Of a stretch of DNA of 64,000 nt, positions 1 to 9,651 are shown in pieces (position 1 is the first letter of the stretch; the number at the start of each line of letters is the position of its first letter). The stretch is from assembly GCA_024399275.1 (NCBI GenBank), contig JAKSHS010000003.1, positions 413 to 64,412 of the forward strand, written 5' to 3'. The stretch comes from an archaeon (GTDB lineage: Archaea > Thermoplasmatota > Thermoplasmata > Methanomassiliicoccales > Methanomethylophilaceae). Made by a program: the position numbers and the translations under genes. A model generated the notes under the pieces. That model was given only the letters and a program-made list of their open reading frames with translations, did no database searches and was not told the DNA's origin.

Positions 1-57
1 TGACGCATATTGATTTTAAATTGTATGTGAGCCTTTCACAGGTGGTGGCCGAGGTCA

Positions 58-1080
58 ATGACCATTACTACTTATCCGCTTCCTGATTTGTCTTTTGTTC
101 AATCTAAATTTCTAGATTATCTGAGATCTCATTACATCTGTAGTTCTGATTTAGTAGATGATCTCGTCACATTTTCTCAGTTTAAAGTTACTTTTTACCC
201 TATCTACAAACTCAATTATGATATAGATGCTGTTTTTATTACTTCAACTAAAAGAGTAATTCATCGAGAAAAATCTGAAAATGTAAGCCTTTGTATCGAC
301 GGAGGGACATGGGAAGAGTTTTACAATCCGATTTATACCCATTATCGTAAGACACCAACACAGACGTATTCATCAGAGTTTAATAGCTCGTGGCCTTCTG
401 CTACCATTCCTGTTGTAACTTATTCTGATAAAAGTATAGCTAAAATCATCATTGATCGGCATAGCCGCACCGTTAATTATATTGGAAAAAACGGAGTGAG
501 ATATTCAAAGTTCTGCGTACCGTCATCACGTGATCTTTGCGTGTATAATGTGGTTCTGATGTATATCCCCATTATGAAAATGAACATCGACATTAAACAG
601 TCATCTTATTCGATTTCTAAGATATATTATACCCAAGATAAACTTCTATTTTCCTCTGTCCTAAACACTTGTGTCGTGTGCAAAAAACACGTTGATCGTG
701 GCTATATCTGTAATGAATGTGGGTCAATTGTTCATAAGCGAACATTCCTAGATTCACACGGATTTATCTGTAAACAATGTGGCAAAACGCTATGCCGTGT
801 CTGTACTTACGTCATTGGTTTTAGAGATTACGTATGTAGGGATTGTGCTAAGCGTTCTGGCAAGCCTTACAGGAATGTTTCTCCGCGTATGAGAGAGAAA
901 AATATAGTAGGGTTAAGTATTCTAGCTTCAGTTTTATTGATGTCTTTCATTATACCCACCTCTCTTGAGGCTAAGATTGCTTCTATTGGAATTATCATTG
1001 TTCTTGGCCTTATTTTTATTTTTATTTTTTCAAGTGTGAATCAGGAAAATGAACTAGATAAAATTAACTTGAAAACTTAA
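58..1080 (+). CDS. Hypothetical protein with Cys-rich multi-zinc-finger region and two C-terminal transmembrane helices
   Basis: 340-aa ORF with GAGGT SD-like motif just upstream; CxxC pairs (CVVC, CNEC, CKQC, CRVC, CRDC); two hydrophobic stretches at the C-terminus. Confidence 0.7.
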   Translation: MTITTYPLPDLSFVQSKFLDYLRSHYICSSDLVDDLVTFSQFKVTFYPIYKLNYDIDAVFITSTKRVIHREKSENVSLCIDGGTWEEFYNPIYTHYRKTPTQTYSSEFNSSWPSATIPVVTYSDKSIAKIIIDRHSRTVNYIGKNGVRYSKFCVPSSRDLCVYNVVLMYIPIMKMNIDIKQSSYSISKIYYTQDKLLFSSVLNTCVVCKKHVDRGYICNECGSIVHKRTFLDSHGFICKQCGKTLCRVCTYVIGFRDYVCRDCAKRSGKPYRNVSPRMREKNIVGLSILASVLLMSFIIPTSLEAKIASIGIIIVLGLIFIFIFSSVNQENELDKINLKT

Positions 1081-1240
1081 AAAGAACTTTTTATACAGTA
1101 TTGATGAGTTGTGTGTCTTTTTGCTGGGATTACTGTTTTATCATGATTTTAATGAAGATCTTGTGAGGTAGTTGCGTTACTGTTCTTATGCTAGTAAACA
1201 CGGTGGCAGTGCTCAGATAACGTTGTTTGATTTCTGGGCT

Positions 1241-1420
1241 TCATTCAAAGAATATGGGTTTCCCTTCTAGTTTTCTTTTAAGGTGTCCTCCTGGACCTCC
1301 TCTCGCAATTCTTGCCTTCTCAATGCATTCTGGATCACTGCAAACAAATGCAGCGAACACGACATTCGTTGATTTCTTTCCACAAAATTCGCATGTGTAA
1401 TCATCAAAATTTATTGCCAT
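1241..1420 (-). CDS. Small zinc-finger-like protein, 59 aa (not in ORF track)
   Basis: Hand translation: MAINFDDYTCEFCGKKSTNVVFAAFVCSDPECIEKARIARGGPGGHLKRKLEGKPIFFE*; CxxC and CxxxxC motifs; divergent from the gene at 1494. Confidence 0.75.
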   Translation of the reverse strand: MAINFDDYTCEFCGKKSTNVVFAAFVCSDPECIEKARIARGGPGGHLKRKLEGKPIFFE

Positions 1421-1493
1421 GTTATGGTTATTGGTTACGATTGATTAACAGTTTTTGGTCATTGTTAAATTGTTTGACTATAATTATACAGGT

Positions 1494-1832
1494 ATGTCGA
1501 CGGTTGTAGCAAAGATGAAATTCTGTAATAAGATGCACAAAGTTACAGTCAAACAAAAAGATGATGGAACATTTTCTCTGCATATTGCGACTGATTGTCC
1601 AGAAGTTAGAGACTATGCAAATGCTTTGGGAGATACTTTGACTTTGGATGACCTTACGGATGTTAGTGAAAGCAAAATATTTTCTTATGAAAATCTTACT
1701 AGAGTAACGATGACTTGTCTCGCACCAAACGCTGTTATTAATGCGGCGTGGGCAGAAGCTGGCATGTTATCTAAGTCCCGAGCGAAAGAGATTAAGGAGA
1801 ATGTAATTAGCTTTGAAAAAATCAATGACTGA
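1494..1832 (+). CDS. Conserved hypothetical protein (DUF6951-like, Cys-containing)
   Basis: ATG at 1494 preferred over TTG 1455; pattern C...TDC...C..P.AV..A...EAG typical of this small family. Confidence 0.65.
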   Translation: MSTVVAKMKFCNKMHKVTVKQKDDGTFSLHIATDCPEVRDYANALGDTLTLDDLTDVSESKIFSYENLTRVTMTCLAPNAVINAAWAEAGMLSKSRAKEIKENVISFEKIND

Positions 1833-1995
1833 AAGAAAACGGTGCCTGTGGCATGCCAAAGACGGAAGATGTGCTTGTTGTAAGGCTAAGAGGATAAGAC
1901 TAGATGTTCTTAAAATTACAGATTATGAAATGTGCTCTAAAGAAAGAGATTACGAGACCTGCAGTTTTTACAAGGAAAAGCCTGTAATAAAGTAA
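1825..1995 (+). CDS. Small Cys-rich hypothetical protein
   Basis: ATG overlaps upstream stop; six Cys in 56 aa; stop 1 nt before next ATG (operon packing). Confidence 0.6.
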   Translation: MTERKRCLWHAKDGRCACCKAKRIRLDVLKITDYEMCSKERDYETCSFYKEKPVIK

Positions 1996-1996
1996 T

Positions 1997-2494
1997 ATGA
2001 CAGATAACGAAATTAAAATTTATTTTGATACTTTGGAAGAGGACTTAAGAAAAAATAGGGATTGTTCCAAAGAACTACACAGATTGTCTTTGATGTCAGT
2101 GTGTGATGATGTTAGTATAAGACAGAGAGCGTCATGGTGTGTTGCAAAAATGGGGCAGAATAAGATTGCGGATGGAAGAATTGTTAATATTTTGTCTCTG
2201 ATGAAAAAAGATAGAGACCCACAGGTCAGAGAAAATGTTGCTTGGGGTATTGGTGAGATAGCTGGAGCGAATATTAGCAATAATGACTCAGTTTCTGTTG
2301 TATTGTATTTGATGTCTGATCATGACAATGATGTTAGAGCGATGGCGGCATGGGCTGCTGGGAGACTTAGACATAAGCTTGGAATTGATGAAGGAATCAC
2401 TGAAAAACTAAGGGAGCTTGAGAATGATGGTTCTTCTTATGTCAGGAAATGTGTTGAATTCGCCTTGAATGACGAAACTTTATTGTCAAATTGA
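1997..2494 (+). CDS. HEAT-repeat protein
   Basis: Repeated D.D..VR..AAW..G motifs. Confidence 0.8.
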   Translation: MTDNEIKIYFDTLEEDLRKNRDCSKELHRLSLMSVCDDVSIRQRASWCVAKMGQNKIADGRIVNILSLMKKDRDPQVRENVAWGIGEIAGANISNNDSVSVVLYLMSDHDNDVRAMAAWAAGRLRHKLGIDEGITEKLRELENDGSSYVRKCVEFALNDETLLSN

Positions 2495-2530
2495 GTGGAT
2501 ACAGTTTTGGATTATTAGCGAGGTATCAAA

Positions 2531-2604
2531 CGGACCCGTCGGGATTCGAACCCGAGTCTGAGGCTCCGGAGGCCACGATACTATCCTGGCTATACAACGG
2601 GTCC
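2531..2604 (-). tRNA. tRNA-Arg(CCG)
   Basis: Reverse complement GGACCCG...GTGGC-CTCCGGA-GCCTC...GGTTCGAATCC...CGGGTCCG; cloverleaf with CCG anticodon; CCA not encoded. Confidence 0.93.
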
Positions 2605-2673
2605 CTAGATAACGAGGGTGAGCACCCTCGCATTAGATGAAAATGACGATTTGGTTGGAAACAGTGGGCCGGA

Positions 2674-2832
2674 TTATTTCTTGTTAAATTCGGTATATCC
2701 ACATTTGCCACAAGATACGCGATCCTTGTGTGTTGCCATGTAAACACCTGGTCCGCACTTAGGACATACAGGCTTTTTTCCGATGGCGTCTCCTTTCTTA
2801 ACCGATTTAACTTTTTTTGTTTCTTTTGCCAC
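2674..2832 (-). CDS. rps27ae: 30S ribosomal protein S27ae (not in ORF track)
   Basis: GTG start; [52 protein letters not shown]; CPKCG...CGKCG zinc ribbon; directly follows rps24e. Confidence 0.93.
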   Translation of the reverse strand: MAKETKKVKSVKKGDAIGKKPVCPKCGPGVYMATHKDRVSCGKCGYTEFNKK

Positions 2833-2837
2833 TTGAA

Positions 2838-3155
2838 TCACTTCTCTGCCTTTTCAGGGGCAACATATACAGGCTTTTGAATTCCATTTCTTTTGAGGAT
2901 AAACTCTGGCTCAACTTTTTGTGCGTCTTCCTTTGAGGTATATATTCTAGCGCATCCTTTGGACTTCCCGTTGCCATAAACGGAATTTATGCTACCGAGG
3001 ACTACTTGATCTTTTTTTACTTTCATTTGCTTAGCGATATCCTCAGCGACAGCAGTTTTTCCAGGAGTTGACTCTCCGTCATGGTCAATTGTGAAACAGA
3101 TTTCTGTTCTCTTAAAGAGGACGTTGTCCTTTTTCTCTTCAATTTTTATCTTCAT
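2838..3155 (-). CDS. rps24e: 30S ribosomal protein S24e
   Basis: N.LFKR.E...TP...YG..KSKG.A.IY motif; conserved rpoE-spt4-DUF359-S24e-S27ae order. Confidence 0.93.
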   Translation of the reverse strand: MKIKIEEKKDNVLFKRTEICFTIDHDGESTPGKTAVAEDIAKQMKVKKDQVVLGSINSVYGNGKSKGCARIYTSKEDAQKVEPEFILKRNGIQKPVYVAPEKAEK

Positions 3156-3667
3156 TCGAAGACCTCCATCATTTTTAAAAATGTTTGAAACTCACTTCGG
3201 ACAGTTGCATTCGCAGATACAACCGCCATTCCTTTTCCAGGTTCGCCGTAGACAATTTTAGTATCGTCCGGGGCGTACAGTATACATGGTATTAAAGCCA
3301 GATCTTCCTCGCCTTCAACACAAATTACGTCTGTATCACCGGCAATTAAGGCATTTTTGATAACATTTGAAAGTTCTGTCGTAATGATGCCAGCTGGGTT
3401 ATTGACATTTTTCTTTCTTAGTTTCTGTTTGTCAACAAACTCGGCAAATTCATCCATTTTATGTCTTTCTGTAAATCCGTCATAAATGGATAAAACAGGC
3501 GTGATGCCGATTTTTCTCATTGTCAACGACACAACATCGCCGACAGTTATCACTCTCTTATCTCGATATGTGGTAATATCTTTTCTATTTACAATTGGCC
3601 CAGAATATTTCTTGAAAATGTCTCTTTTATCAGCTGGAAGTTTCCATCCCCCGGACACACAAATCAA
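3152..3667 (-). CDS. GTP-dependent dephospho-CoA kinase (DUF359 family)
   Basis: VGDVV, NPAG.IT, VEGEEDL, YGEP..G motifs; conserved gene context. Confidence 0.88.
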   Translation of the reverse strand: MICVSGGWKLPADKRDIFKKYSGPIVNRKDITTYRDKRVITVGDVVSLTMRKIGITPVLSIYDGFTERHKMDEFAEFVDKQKLRKKNVNNPAGIITTELSNVIKNALIAGDTDVICVEGEEDLALIPCILYAPDDTKIVYGEPGKGMAVVSANATVRSEFQTFLKMMEVFE

Positions 3668-3855
3668 CGAACCCTGAGTGCATACTTCCCATTATGCTCA
3701 ATATTCATCTTCTTGGCGACTGCAGATCTAGAGTAATCTAGTACGACAAGATATCCTTGCCATTCCTTTGATGTTTGAGAGCCACATATTGGACATGTAT
3801 CTCCAACGGTAATGAAATTGCATTTTTTGCATGCTTTTTCTGTCGAACTGATCAT
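3664..3855 (-). CDS. spt4: Transcription elongation factor Spt4 (RpoE'')
   Basis: ACKKC...CPICG...W.G....D...S..AK......G.YALRV. Confidence 0.93.
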   Translation of the reverse strand: MISSTEKACKKCNFITVGDTCPICGSQTSKEWQGYLVVLDYSRSAVAKKMNIEHNGKYALRVR

Positions 3856-3857
3856 AT

Positions 3858-4418
3858 CTACGCACTATCCTTTTTTTTAGAATCCTCTGCGATCCACTCA
3901 GGTTTTCCTAATCCAGGCTGTTTTGTTGTCAGTCCGATTTTACTATCTTTGGGAACTTTTTCGTTAATACTTATGCTGATGACTCTTACTCTTACTTTGT
4001 CTCCAACAGTTAAAGTTCTGCCTTTTTCTTTTCCGACGATTCTCTTGTTGACAACGTCTACGTCAAAAACGTCATCCCCTATTTGAGAAACATGAAGGAG
4101 ACCGTCCAATGGCCCAATACTTATAAATGCACCATATTTGGCGATTTGAACAACAATTCCGTCTATAATTTCTCCCTCTTTGAATGTGCATACAAGCTGA
4201 TCAAACTCTACTGTTTGGTAAACTGCTCCATCACCATGAACAATACGTCCGTCACCCTTTGGTTTTACGTTTCGAATCGCGATGATGAATTTCTTATCTG
4301 GACCAAATTTGCCCTCAAATGACTCCCACGCGCGTTCGTCAATCACATCCTCGATTGATTTACTGAGATCAGACGGAGGTATACGTACCACCCTTTCAGC
4401 CTGTGTCATTGTGTACAT
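3858..4418 (-). CDS. rpoE1: DNA-directed RNA polymerase subunit E' (Rpo7)
   Basis: VRIPP, GDGAVY, S1 domain GAFISIGPLDGLLHVSQI, KIGLT.KQPGLGK.EW. Confidence 0.95.
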   Translation of the reverse strand: MYTMTQAERVVRIPPSDLSKSIEDVIDERAWESFEGKFGPDKKFIIAIRNVKPKGDGRIVHGDGAVYQTVEFDQLVCTFKEGEIIDGIVVQIAKYGAFISIGPLDGLLHVSQIGDDVFDVDVVNKRIVGKEKGRTLTVGDKVRVRVISISINEKVPKDSKIGLTTKQPGLGKPEWIAEDSKKKDSA

Positions 4419-4477
4419 GGAATATCATCACGTTAGCGAGCATTAGGCATCCTTTATATAAAGATAGATACGACGGT

Positions 4478-4507
4478 TTAAAAAGAAATAAAGTGGGGGC
4501 AACCCCC
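4478..4507 (-). terminator. Hairpin plus U-rich tract downstream of hppA
   Basis: GGGGG-CAA-CCCCC inverted repeat at 4495-4507, followed on the minus strand by TTTATTTCTTTTT. Confidence 0.55.
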
Positions 4508-4516
4508 TGATATGAC

Positions 4517-6664
4517 TTACAAGTACAAAACTGCGGTAACTAAACAAATAGTTGAAAGCAATTTGACCAAAACGTGGATTGACGGTCCAGCAGTATCCTT
4601 GAATGGATCTCCTATAGTGTCACCAACAACTGCAGCGGCATGTGCTGGAGATTTCTTTCCGCCATGATTTCCCGCTTCGATGTACTTCTTGGCATTGTCC
4701 CATGCTCCTCCTCCATTGTTAAGGAAATTGGCCATTAGAATACCGACTATTGTCGCAACCATAATGAGGCCGCCAACGGCGTAGGGTGATGAGTCTCGGA
4801 AGCGCGGAAGAATGTACTTATAAAGAAGTCCGAAGGCTACGGGTGTTACGATAGGCAGAAGGGCGGGCGCGATCATCTGTCTTAATGCAGATCGAGTCGC
4901 AATGTCTACACATCGCTCGTATTGAGGTTCCTTCTCCCCTCTCATAATTTTTCCATCTTTGAATTGTTCTCGAACTTCATGAACCATCTTTCCAGCGGCT
5001 GTACCAACAGCACGAATCGCAAGCGAGGCAAAGAGGAAAACGAGAGCAGCTCCAATAAGGCCTCCAGCAAATATTAGAGGATCGCCGAGAATAACCTTAT
5101 TCATCTCATCAAAAATAGTCGTTTTTTTGTACTCACTTACAATTTCGAAGTATGCTGCGAACAAGAGGAATGCAGCAAGCGCTGCGGAGGACATTGCATA
5201 GCCCTTCGTGAGTGCCTTCGTTGTGTTACCCACCGAGTCAAGTATGTCTGTTCTGTTCCTAGTCTCTTCAGACTGGTTGGACATTTCCACAATTCCACCA
5301 GCGTTATCAGCAATAGGTCCAAAAGTATCCTCTGCTAGAATAAATGCGGATGTACCTAACATTGAGACCGTTGCAATGGCTGTTCCGTAGAGTCCTAGTA
5401 TGGGATCACCTCCCTTGACAGAACAGTAGCCAAGAAGGTATGTTAGAACGATTGCGGTTACTATACAGACGACTGGAATAAATGTTGACTCAAGGCCAAC
5501 AGAAAGTCCCATGATGACATTTGTTGCCGGACCCGATTCTGACTGCGCTGCGATTGTCTTAACTGGCTTGTGATTGCCTGTGTAGTACTGCGTTACATAA
5601 ACGACAGCAAGGCTAAGCGCGATACCGAGTACCCCCGCAGTGGCAAAATTGTACCATTTGTCAATATTATCACGGAGAAGATGATAACATGAGAAGACTA
5701 CCATTATAGCGACGATGGTTACTGCGACGTAGTATCCAGAATTGAGTGACTTGAAAACATTTGTACCTTTAAGACGAACAGTGTAGATGCCTATAATGGA
5801 CGCAATTAACCCAAATGCCATGATGACAAGTGGAAGATAAATGAAATTATCTGGGTAGGCATACTTTGTTGACCCTTTGATGACGGCAAGACCAATAACC
5901 ATGGAGCCAATGATTTCTGCTGCTGTTGATTCGAAGATGTCTGCTCCGCGTCCGGCACAATCACCTACGTTGTCACCAACGAGATCTGCTATTACTGCCG
6001 GATTCCTTGGATCGTCTTCTGGAATTCCAGTTTCAACTTTACCAACGAGATCTGCGCCAACGTCTGCCGCTTTTGTATAGATCCCCCCGCCGAGCTGTGC
6101 AAATAATGCTGCCATAGAGGCACCAAATGCGAAGCCGACGATTGAGTGAAGGGTAAGTGTCGTTGTGTCACACCACTTATCATACACAAAGAATACGAGG
6201 AAAAGCCCCGCGAGAGAAAGAACTGAGACAGCAATTCCGGAGATAGCTCCTCCACGGAATGATGTTTTGAATGCTTCGTCGAGTGAGCGTGTTGCTGCAG
6301 CTGACGTTCTTACATTAGAACTAACAGAAACTTTCATTCCAATGTAGCCTGAAAGTATAGAACATCCAGCACCGAGAACGAATGCAATTGCGACTTTGTA
6401 ATTGAGATAATCTTTGAATGCTGGATTTTGACCAACGTAGGCGATAATTGCTGCAATAATCAATGTGATAATTGCAATTGTTTTGTACTGCCTTGCAAGG
6501 TATGCCATGGCCCCTTTTTCAATTTTGTCTGAAATTGCCTGCATCTCGGCAGTTCCTTTGTCTTTGGAAAATACCTCTTTGGAAAAGATAAAGGCAACTA
6601 CGAGGGCAACAACTGTAGCAATTGGAACCATTACCAGTAAATTCCGTAACGTAAATTCGATCAT
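4517..6664 (-). CDS. hppA: Membrane-bound ion-translocating pyrophosphatase, K+-independent signature
   Basis: GGIYTKAADVGADLVGKVE, EDDPRN, DLVGDNVGD, GNTTKA, GDPFKDTAGP motifs; many TM helices. Confidence 0.95.
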   Translation of the reverse strand: MIEFTLRNLLVMVPIATVVALVVAFIFSKEVFSKDKGTAEMQAISDKIEKGAMAYLARQYKTIAIITLIIAAIIAYVGQNPAFKDYLNYKVAIAFVLGAGCSILSGYIGMKVSVSSNVRTSAAATRSLDEAFKTSFRGGAISGIAVSVLSLAGLFLVFFVYDKWCDTTTLTLHSIVGFAFGASMAALFAQLGGGIYTKAADVGADLVGKVETGIPEDDPRNPAVIADLVGDNVGDCAGRGADIFESTAAEIIGSMVIGLAVIKGSTKYAYPDNFIYLPLVIMAFGLIASIIGIYTVRLKGTNVFKSLNSGYYVAVTIVAIMVVFSCYHLLRDNIDKWYNFATAGVLGIALSLAVVYVTQYYTGNHKPVKTIAAQSESGPATNVIMGLSVGLESTFIPVVCIVTAIVLTYLLGYCSVKGGDPILGLYGTAIATVSMLGTSAFILAEDTFGPIADNAGGIVEMSNQSEETRNRTDILDSVGNTTKALTKGYAMSSAALAAFLLFAAYFEIVSEYKKTTIFDEMNKVILGDPLIFAGGLIGAALVFLFASLAIRAVGTAAGKMVHEVREQFKDGKIMRGEKEPQYERCVDIATRSALRQMIAPALLPIVTPVAFGLLYKYILPRFRDSSPYAVGGLIMVATIVGILMANFLNNGGGAWDNAKKYIEAGNHGGKKSPAHAAAVVGDTIGDPFKDTAGPSIHVLVKLLSTICLVTAVLYL

Positions 6665-7149
6665 CTGAGTTGTGACTCCTGAGCGTTGCTGACTGCTCCT
6701 TACTTTGTTGCCCTATAAAAAGAGTGTGGAAAATGTTATCCGAATTATGACATTCTGGAGATCTTTTTGGCATTGTTGAATAGAATAGCTTTTTCGGAGC
6801 TATTTTGTTGGACCTAGAATTTGTTGCTGGATGTGCCTCTAACATATTTTGTATTGATGTTGCAAATAAGTGTCGATGTAGTAATTTCTCCGTATTAGAC
6901 CTCATCTTTTGATTCGAAAATAGTCTATGTATGACATAGTGCTACGTAAAGCCTCAACAACGTCTATCTGTCTGCTTTGACTTATTCGCAAAGTATTTGC
7001 TGAAATCGTTCTTGTTGATTCTCCTTCTCCTGTATAGTATTGTCAGAATATGAATCATTTTTCTGTTGACATTGTCTAAAGGCTCTAGATAAACTCTATT
7101 TCTTGTTACTATAAGCATCGAGTTTATCTATCTATCACGCATCGATGAG

Positions 7150-7866
7150 GTGGTTGGAGTGGAAATTGACAGGGCTGATATTGTTGCGTCTGTTGCCGTA
7201 TACCTTCTTGTAGCGATAATTTTAGGTTTGTGTATATACGCAAGGAGACACTGGCCAAGAGTTGATAGCAGGAAGATTGTCCATGTTGGCATAGGTAACT
7301 TCGTATTTATTTGGTGGGCATTTAGGCATATGTGGGTAATGTTGGTATTTTTTACTATTCCTTTCGCAATCTTGCTTTTTTTGGCAATGTTTGAGAGGAA
7401 TCTGATTTCAAAATCATTTCTTGGTGAACTTTCTAGAGAAGGACATGTTGTAGGCCTTTTTCTCTACGTTATAAGCATTAATGTTCTTGTTATTACTTGT
7501 TTCAATGAACACTGGATCGCTGCATCTATTGCAGTTGTTGCGATGACGTATGGAGATGGGTTTGGAAGCATTATAGGAAAAAGATTTGGGAGACATAAAA
7601 TAATGTATGGGAAGTCTCTGGAGGGGTCTGCCGCTGTTTGTGTAGCAACTGTTATTGTGTCAACAATTGTGTTTGTCTTTTTTGGTTTTATAACGGGACT
7701 TGATGTTGAGTATAATTATGATGTTCAAACGGTGATTCCTTGGTTTGCTTGCATACTTCTTGCAGGGATAATTACTGCTTTAATCGAGGCTTTATGTCGC
7801 GGTGACTATGATAATTTCGTTAATCCGCTCGTAATTGTAGGTGTTATGAGATTACTGGGCATGTAA
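7150..7866 (+). CDS. Polyprenol/phytol/dolichol kinase-like membrane protein (CTP_transf_1 superfamily)
   Basis: SRKIVH, GDG...IIG..FG, KSLEGS, DN...P motifs. Confidence 0.8.
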   Translation: MVGVEIDRADIVASVAVYLLVAIILGLCIYARRHWPRVDSRKIVHVGIGNFVFIWWAFRHMWVMLVFFTIPFAILLFLAMFERNLISKSFLGELSREGHVVGLFLYVISINVLVITCFNEHWIAASIAVVAMTYGDGFGSIIGKRFGRHKIMYGKSLEGSAAVCVATVIVSTIVFVFFGFITGLDVEYNYDVQTVIPWFACILLAGIITALIEALCRGDYDNFVNPLVIVGVMRLLGM

Positions 7867-7869
7867 AAT

Positions 7870-8445
7870 ATGACGTGGTATGTAGTTGATGGGGTGGATG
7901 GTTCTGGTAAAAGTACCGTTGCTAACATTATTAGAGAAAGGCTCGTATTAGGTGGGAGAAAGGTACTTGTGTCAACACATCCAGACTCTTCGTGTTTTTC
8001 TGGGAGAATGGCTTCTATATTTTTATGCAAAAACGGTAAGATTGCAGCTGTCATTTCTACTGTATTTTATATTGTAAACATACTTAGGTCGTTGCATGTT
8101 AAAAAGATATTATCCAAAAAATATGACGATTTCATCTTTGTAAGGTATGATCTTGCAGTAGCGTACATACCAGAAAAAATAATGCATTTTGTTTATAGAA
8201 TCATTATTTCAGTGCTAGATATTCCCGATGTTAGAATATTTGTTGACATAAAACCAGAAGTTGCAATGTCTAGAATCATCAGAAGAGGGAGTAAATTAGA
8301 AATGTTTGAGACTATGGAGAAACTAATTAAAGTCAGAAAAAAAATGCTTAGACTTGCAAATAAATGGATAGTAATTGACAATAACTTAAGGATAGAACAG
8401 ACAAAAATAGCAGTCGATCAGATAGTTTCGGAGTTTATCGTTTAA
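7870..8445 (+). CDS. tmk: Thymidylate kinase-like P-loop kinase
   Basis: DGVDGSGKST P-loop; RY motif; lid R..R..FE. Confidence 0.75.
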   Translation: MTWYVVDGVDGSGKSTVANIIRERLVLGGRKVLVSTHPDSSCFSGRMASIFLCKNGKIAAVISTVFYIVNILRSLHVKKILSKKYDDFIFVRYDLAVAYIPEKIMHFVYRIIISVLDIPDVRIFVDIKPEVAMSRIIRRGSKLEMFETMEKLIKVRKKMLRLANKWIVIDNNLRIEQTKIAVDQIVSEFIV

Positions 8446-8623
8446 CATGTGATCAATTGCGCATTTTGTTTGTATATTTTCATAAGTGTTGACTTGTCAC
8501 GATATGGAACATATGTTAGTAAAAGATTAAAAAGGGACATTTATTGGAATTTATACTAGTTTACTTAGAAAAACAATGTTTTTAATAACAATTGTTTGGT
8601 TCAGGACGATAAAGGGCGAGGTA

Positions 8624-9556
8624 ATGGATAAACTAGCAGCAGTGAAAGATATCGAAATTAGAAAGGGGATGACTGTTGATGAAATTATAAAAATGATGGG
8701 AAATTCTGGAGGATTTACATCACAGAAGCTTTCGGATGCAGTTGATATTGTTGAAAAGATGTTTAAAGAAAAGGATTGCCTCAGAATTCTTTCATTTCCC
8801 GCATGTATAATGGCAACCGGGACACGCGGGGCTATCGTCAACATGGTGGAAAACGAGAATGTTGATCTTATAATTACTACGTGCGGAACACTTGATCACG
8901 ATCTTTCAAGGACGTGGAAGGAGTACTATAAGGGTAATTTTACTATGGATGACGTAAAGCTTAGAGAGAATGGAATCAGCAGACTAGGGAATGTTCTCGT
9001 TCCCGATGAATGTTATGGTCTTGTTCTTGAAGAGAAACTAGCGCCTATGTTTAGTGAAATATTCGAAGATACACTTTCGTTATCGACACATGAGATTATT
9101 GATAAAGTTGGGTCTAGACTTGATGATCCTAGGAGTCTTCTTTATCAGTGTAATAAGCACGGTGTCCCAATTTTTGTTCCAGGAATTACAGATGGATCTT
9201 TTGGATGTCAACTGTGGATGTACTATCAGACACACAGAAAACTTAGAATTGATCTCTTTGGTGACGAACAAATGCTTAGTGAAATGATGAACGAGGCAAA
9301 ACAAACGGGAGCCATCATTGTAGGAGGCGGAATATCAAAACATCACGTAATATGGTGGAATCAATTTCGTGGTGGATTAGATTATGCAGTCTATCTCACT
9401 ACTGCACAGGAGTTTGATGGATCTTTGTCTGGCGCTCAGATACGGGAAGCTGTTTCGTGGGGTAAAGTTAAACCTGATGCAAAAAAGATAACTGTAGAAG
9501 GGGATGCTACGATTTCACTTCCGATGATTGTGGCGTCTGTTCGTAGTAGAATGTAA
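8624..9556 (+). CDS. dys: Deoxyhypusine synthase
   Basis: GGGISKH, DGSLSGA...EAVSWGK, GDATI motifs; ATG 8624 preceded by GAGGT. Confidence 0.93.
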   Translation: MDKLAAVKDIEIRKGMTVDEIIKMMGNSGGFTSQKLSDAVDIVEKMFKEKDCLRILSFPACIMATGTRGAIVNMVENENVDLIITTCGTLDHDLSRTWKEYYKGNFTMDDVKLRENGISRLGNVLVPDECYGLVLEEKLAPMFSEIFEDTLSLSTHEIIDKVGSRLDDPRSLLYQCNKHGVPIFVPGITDGSFGCQLWMYYQTHRKLRIDLFGDEQMLSEMMNEAKQTGAIIVGGGISKHHVIWWNQFRGGLDYAVYLTTAQEFDGSLSGAQIREAVSWGKVKPDAKKITVEGDATISLPMIVASVRSRM

Positions 9557-9651
9557 GAGTGATAAAAGGGTCATAGACAGCGGTTAAACTGGCGTATCTA
9601 AGAGAATAGGAATAGTTGGTATGTTATTTGTGTCATTGATGTAACGCTGAA

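Noticed and set aside
6665-7149. 485-bp intergenic region and ORF 6519-6905 as a hidden gene or ncRNA
   Set aside because: AT-rich, no recognisable motif or stable structure by eye; the ORF overlaps hppA out of frame; consistent with divergent promoters
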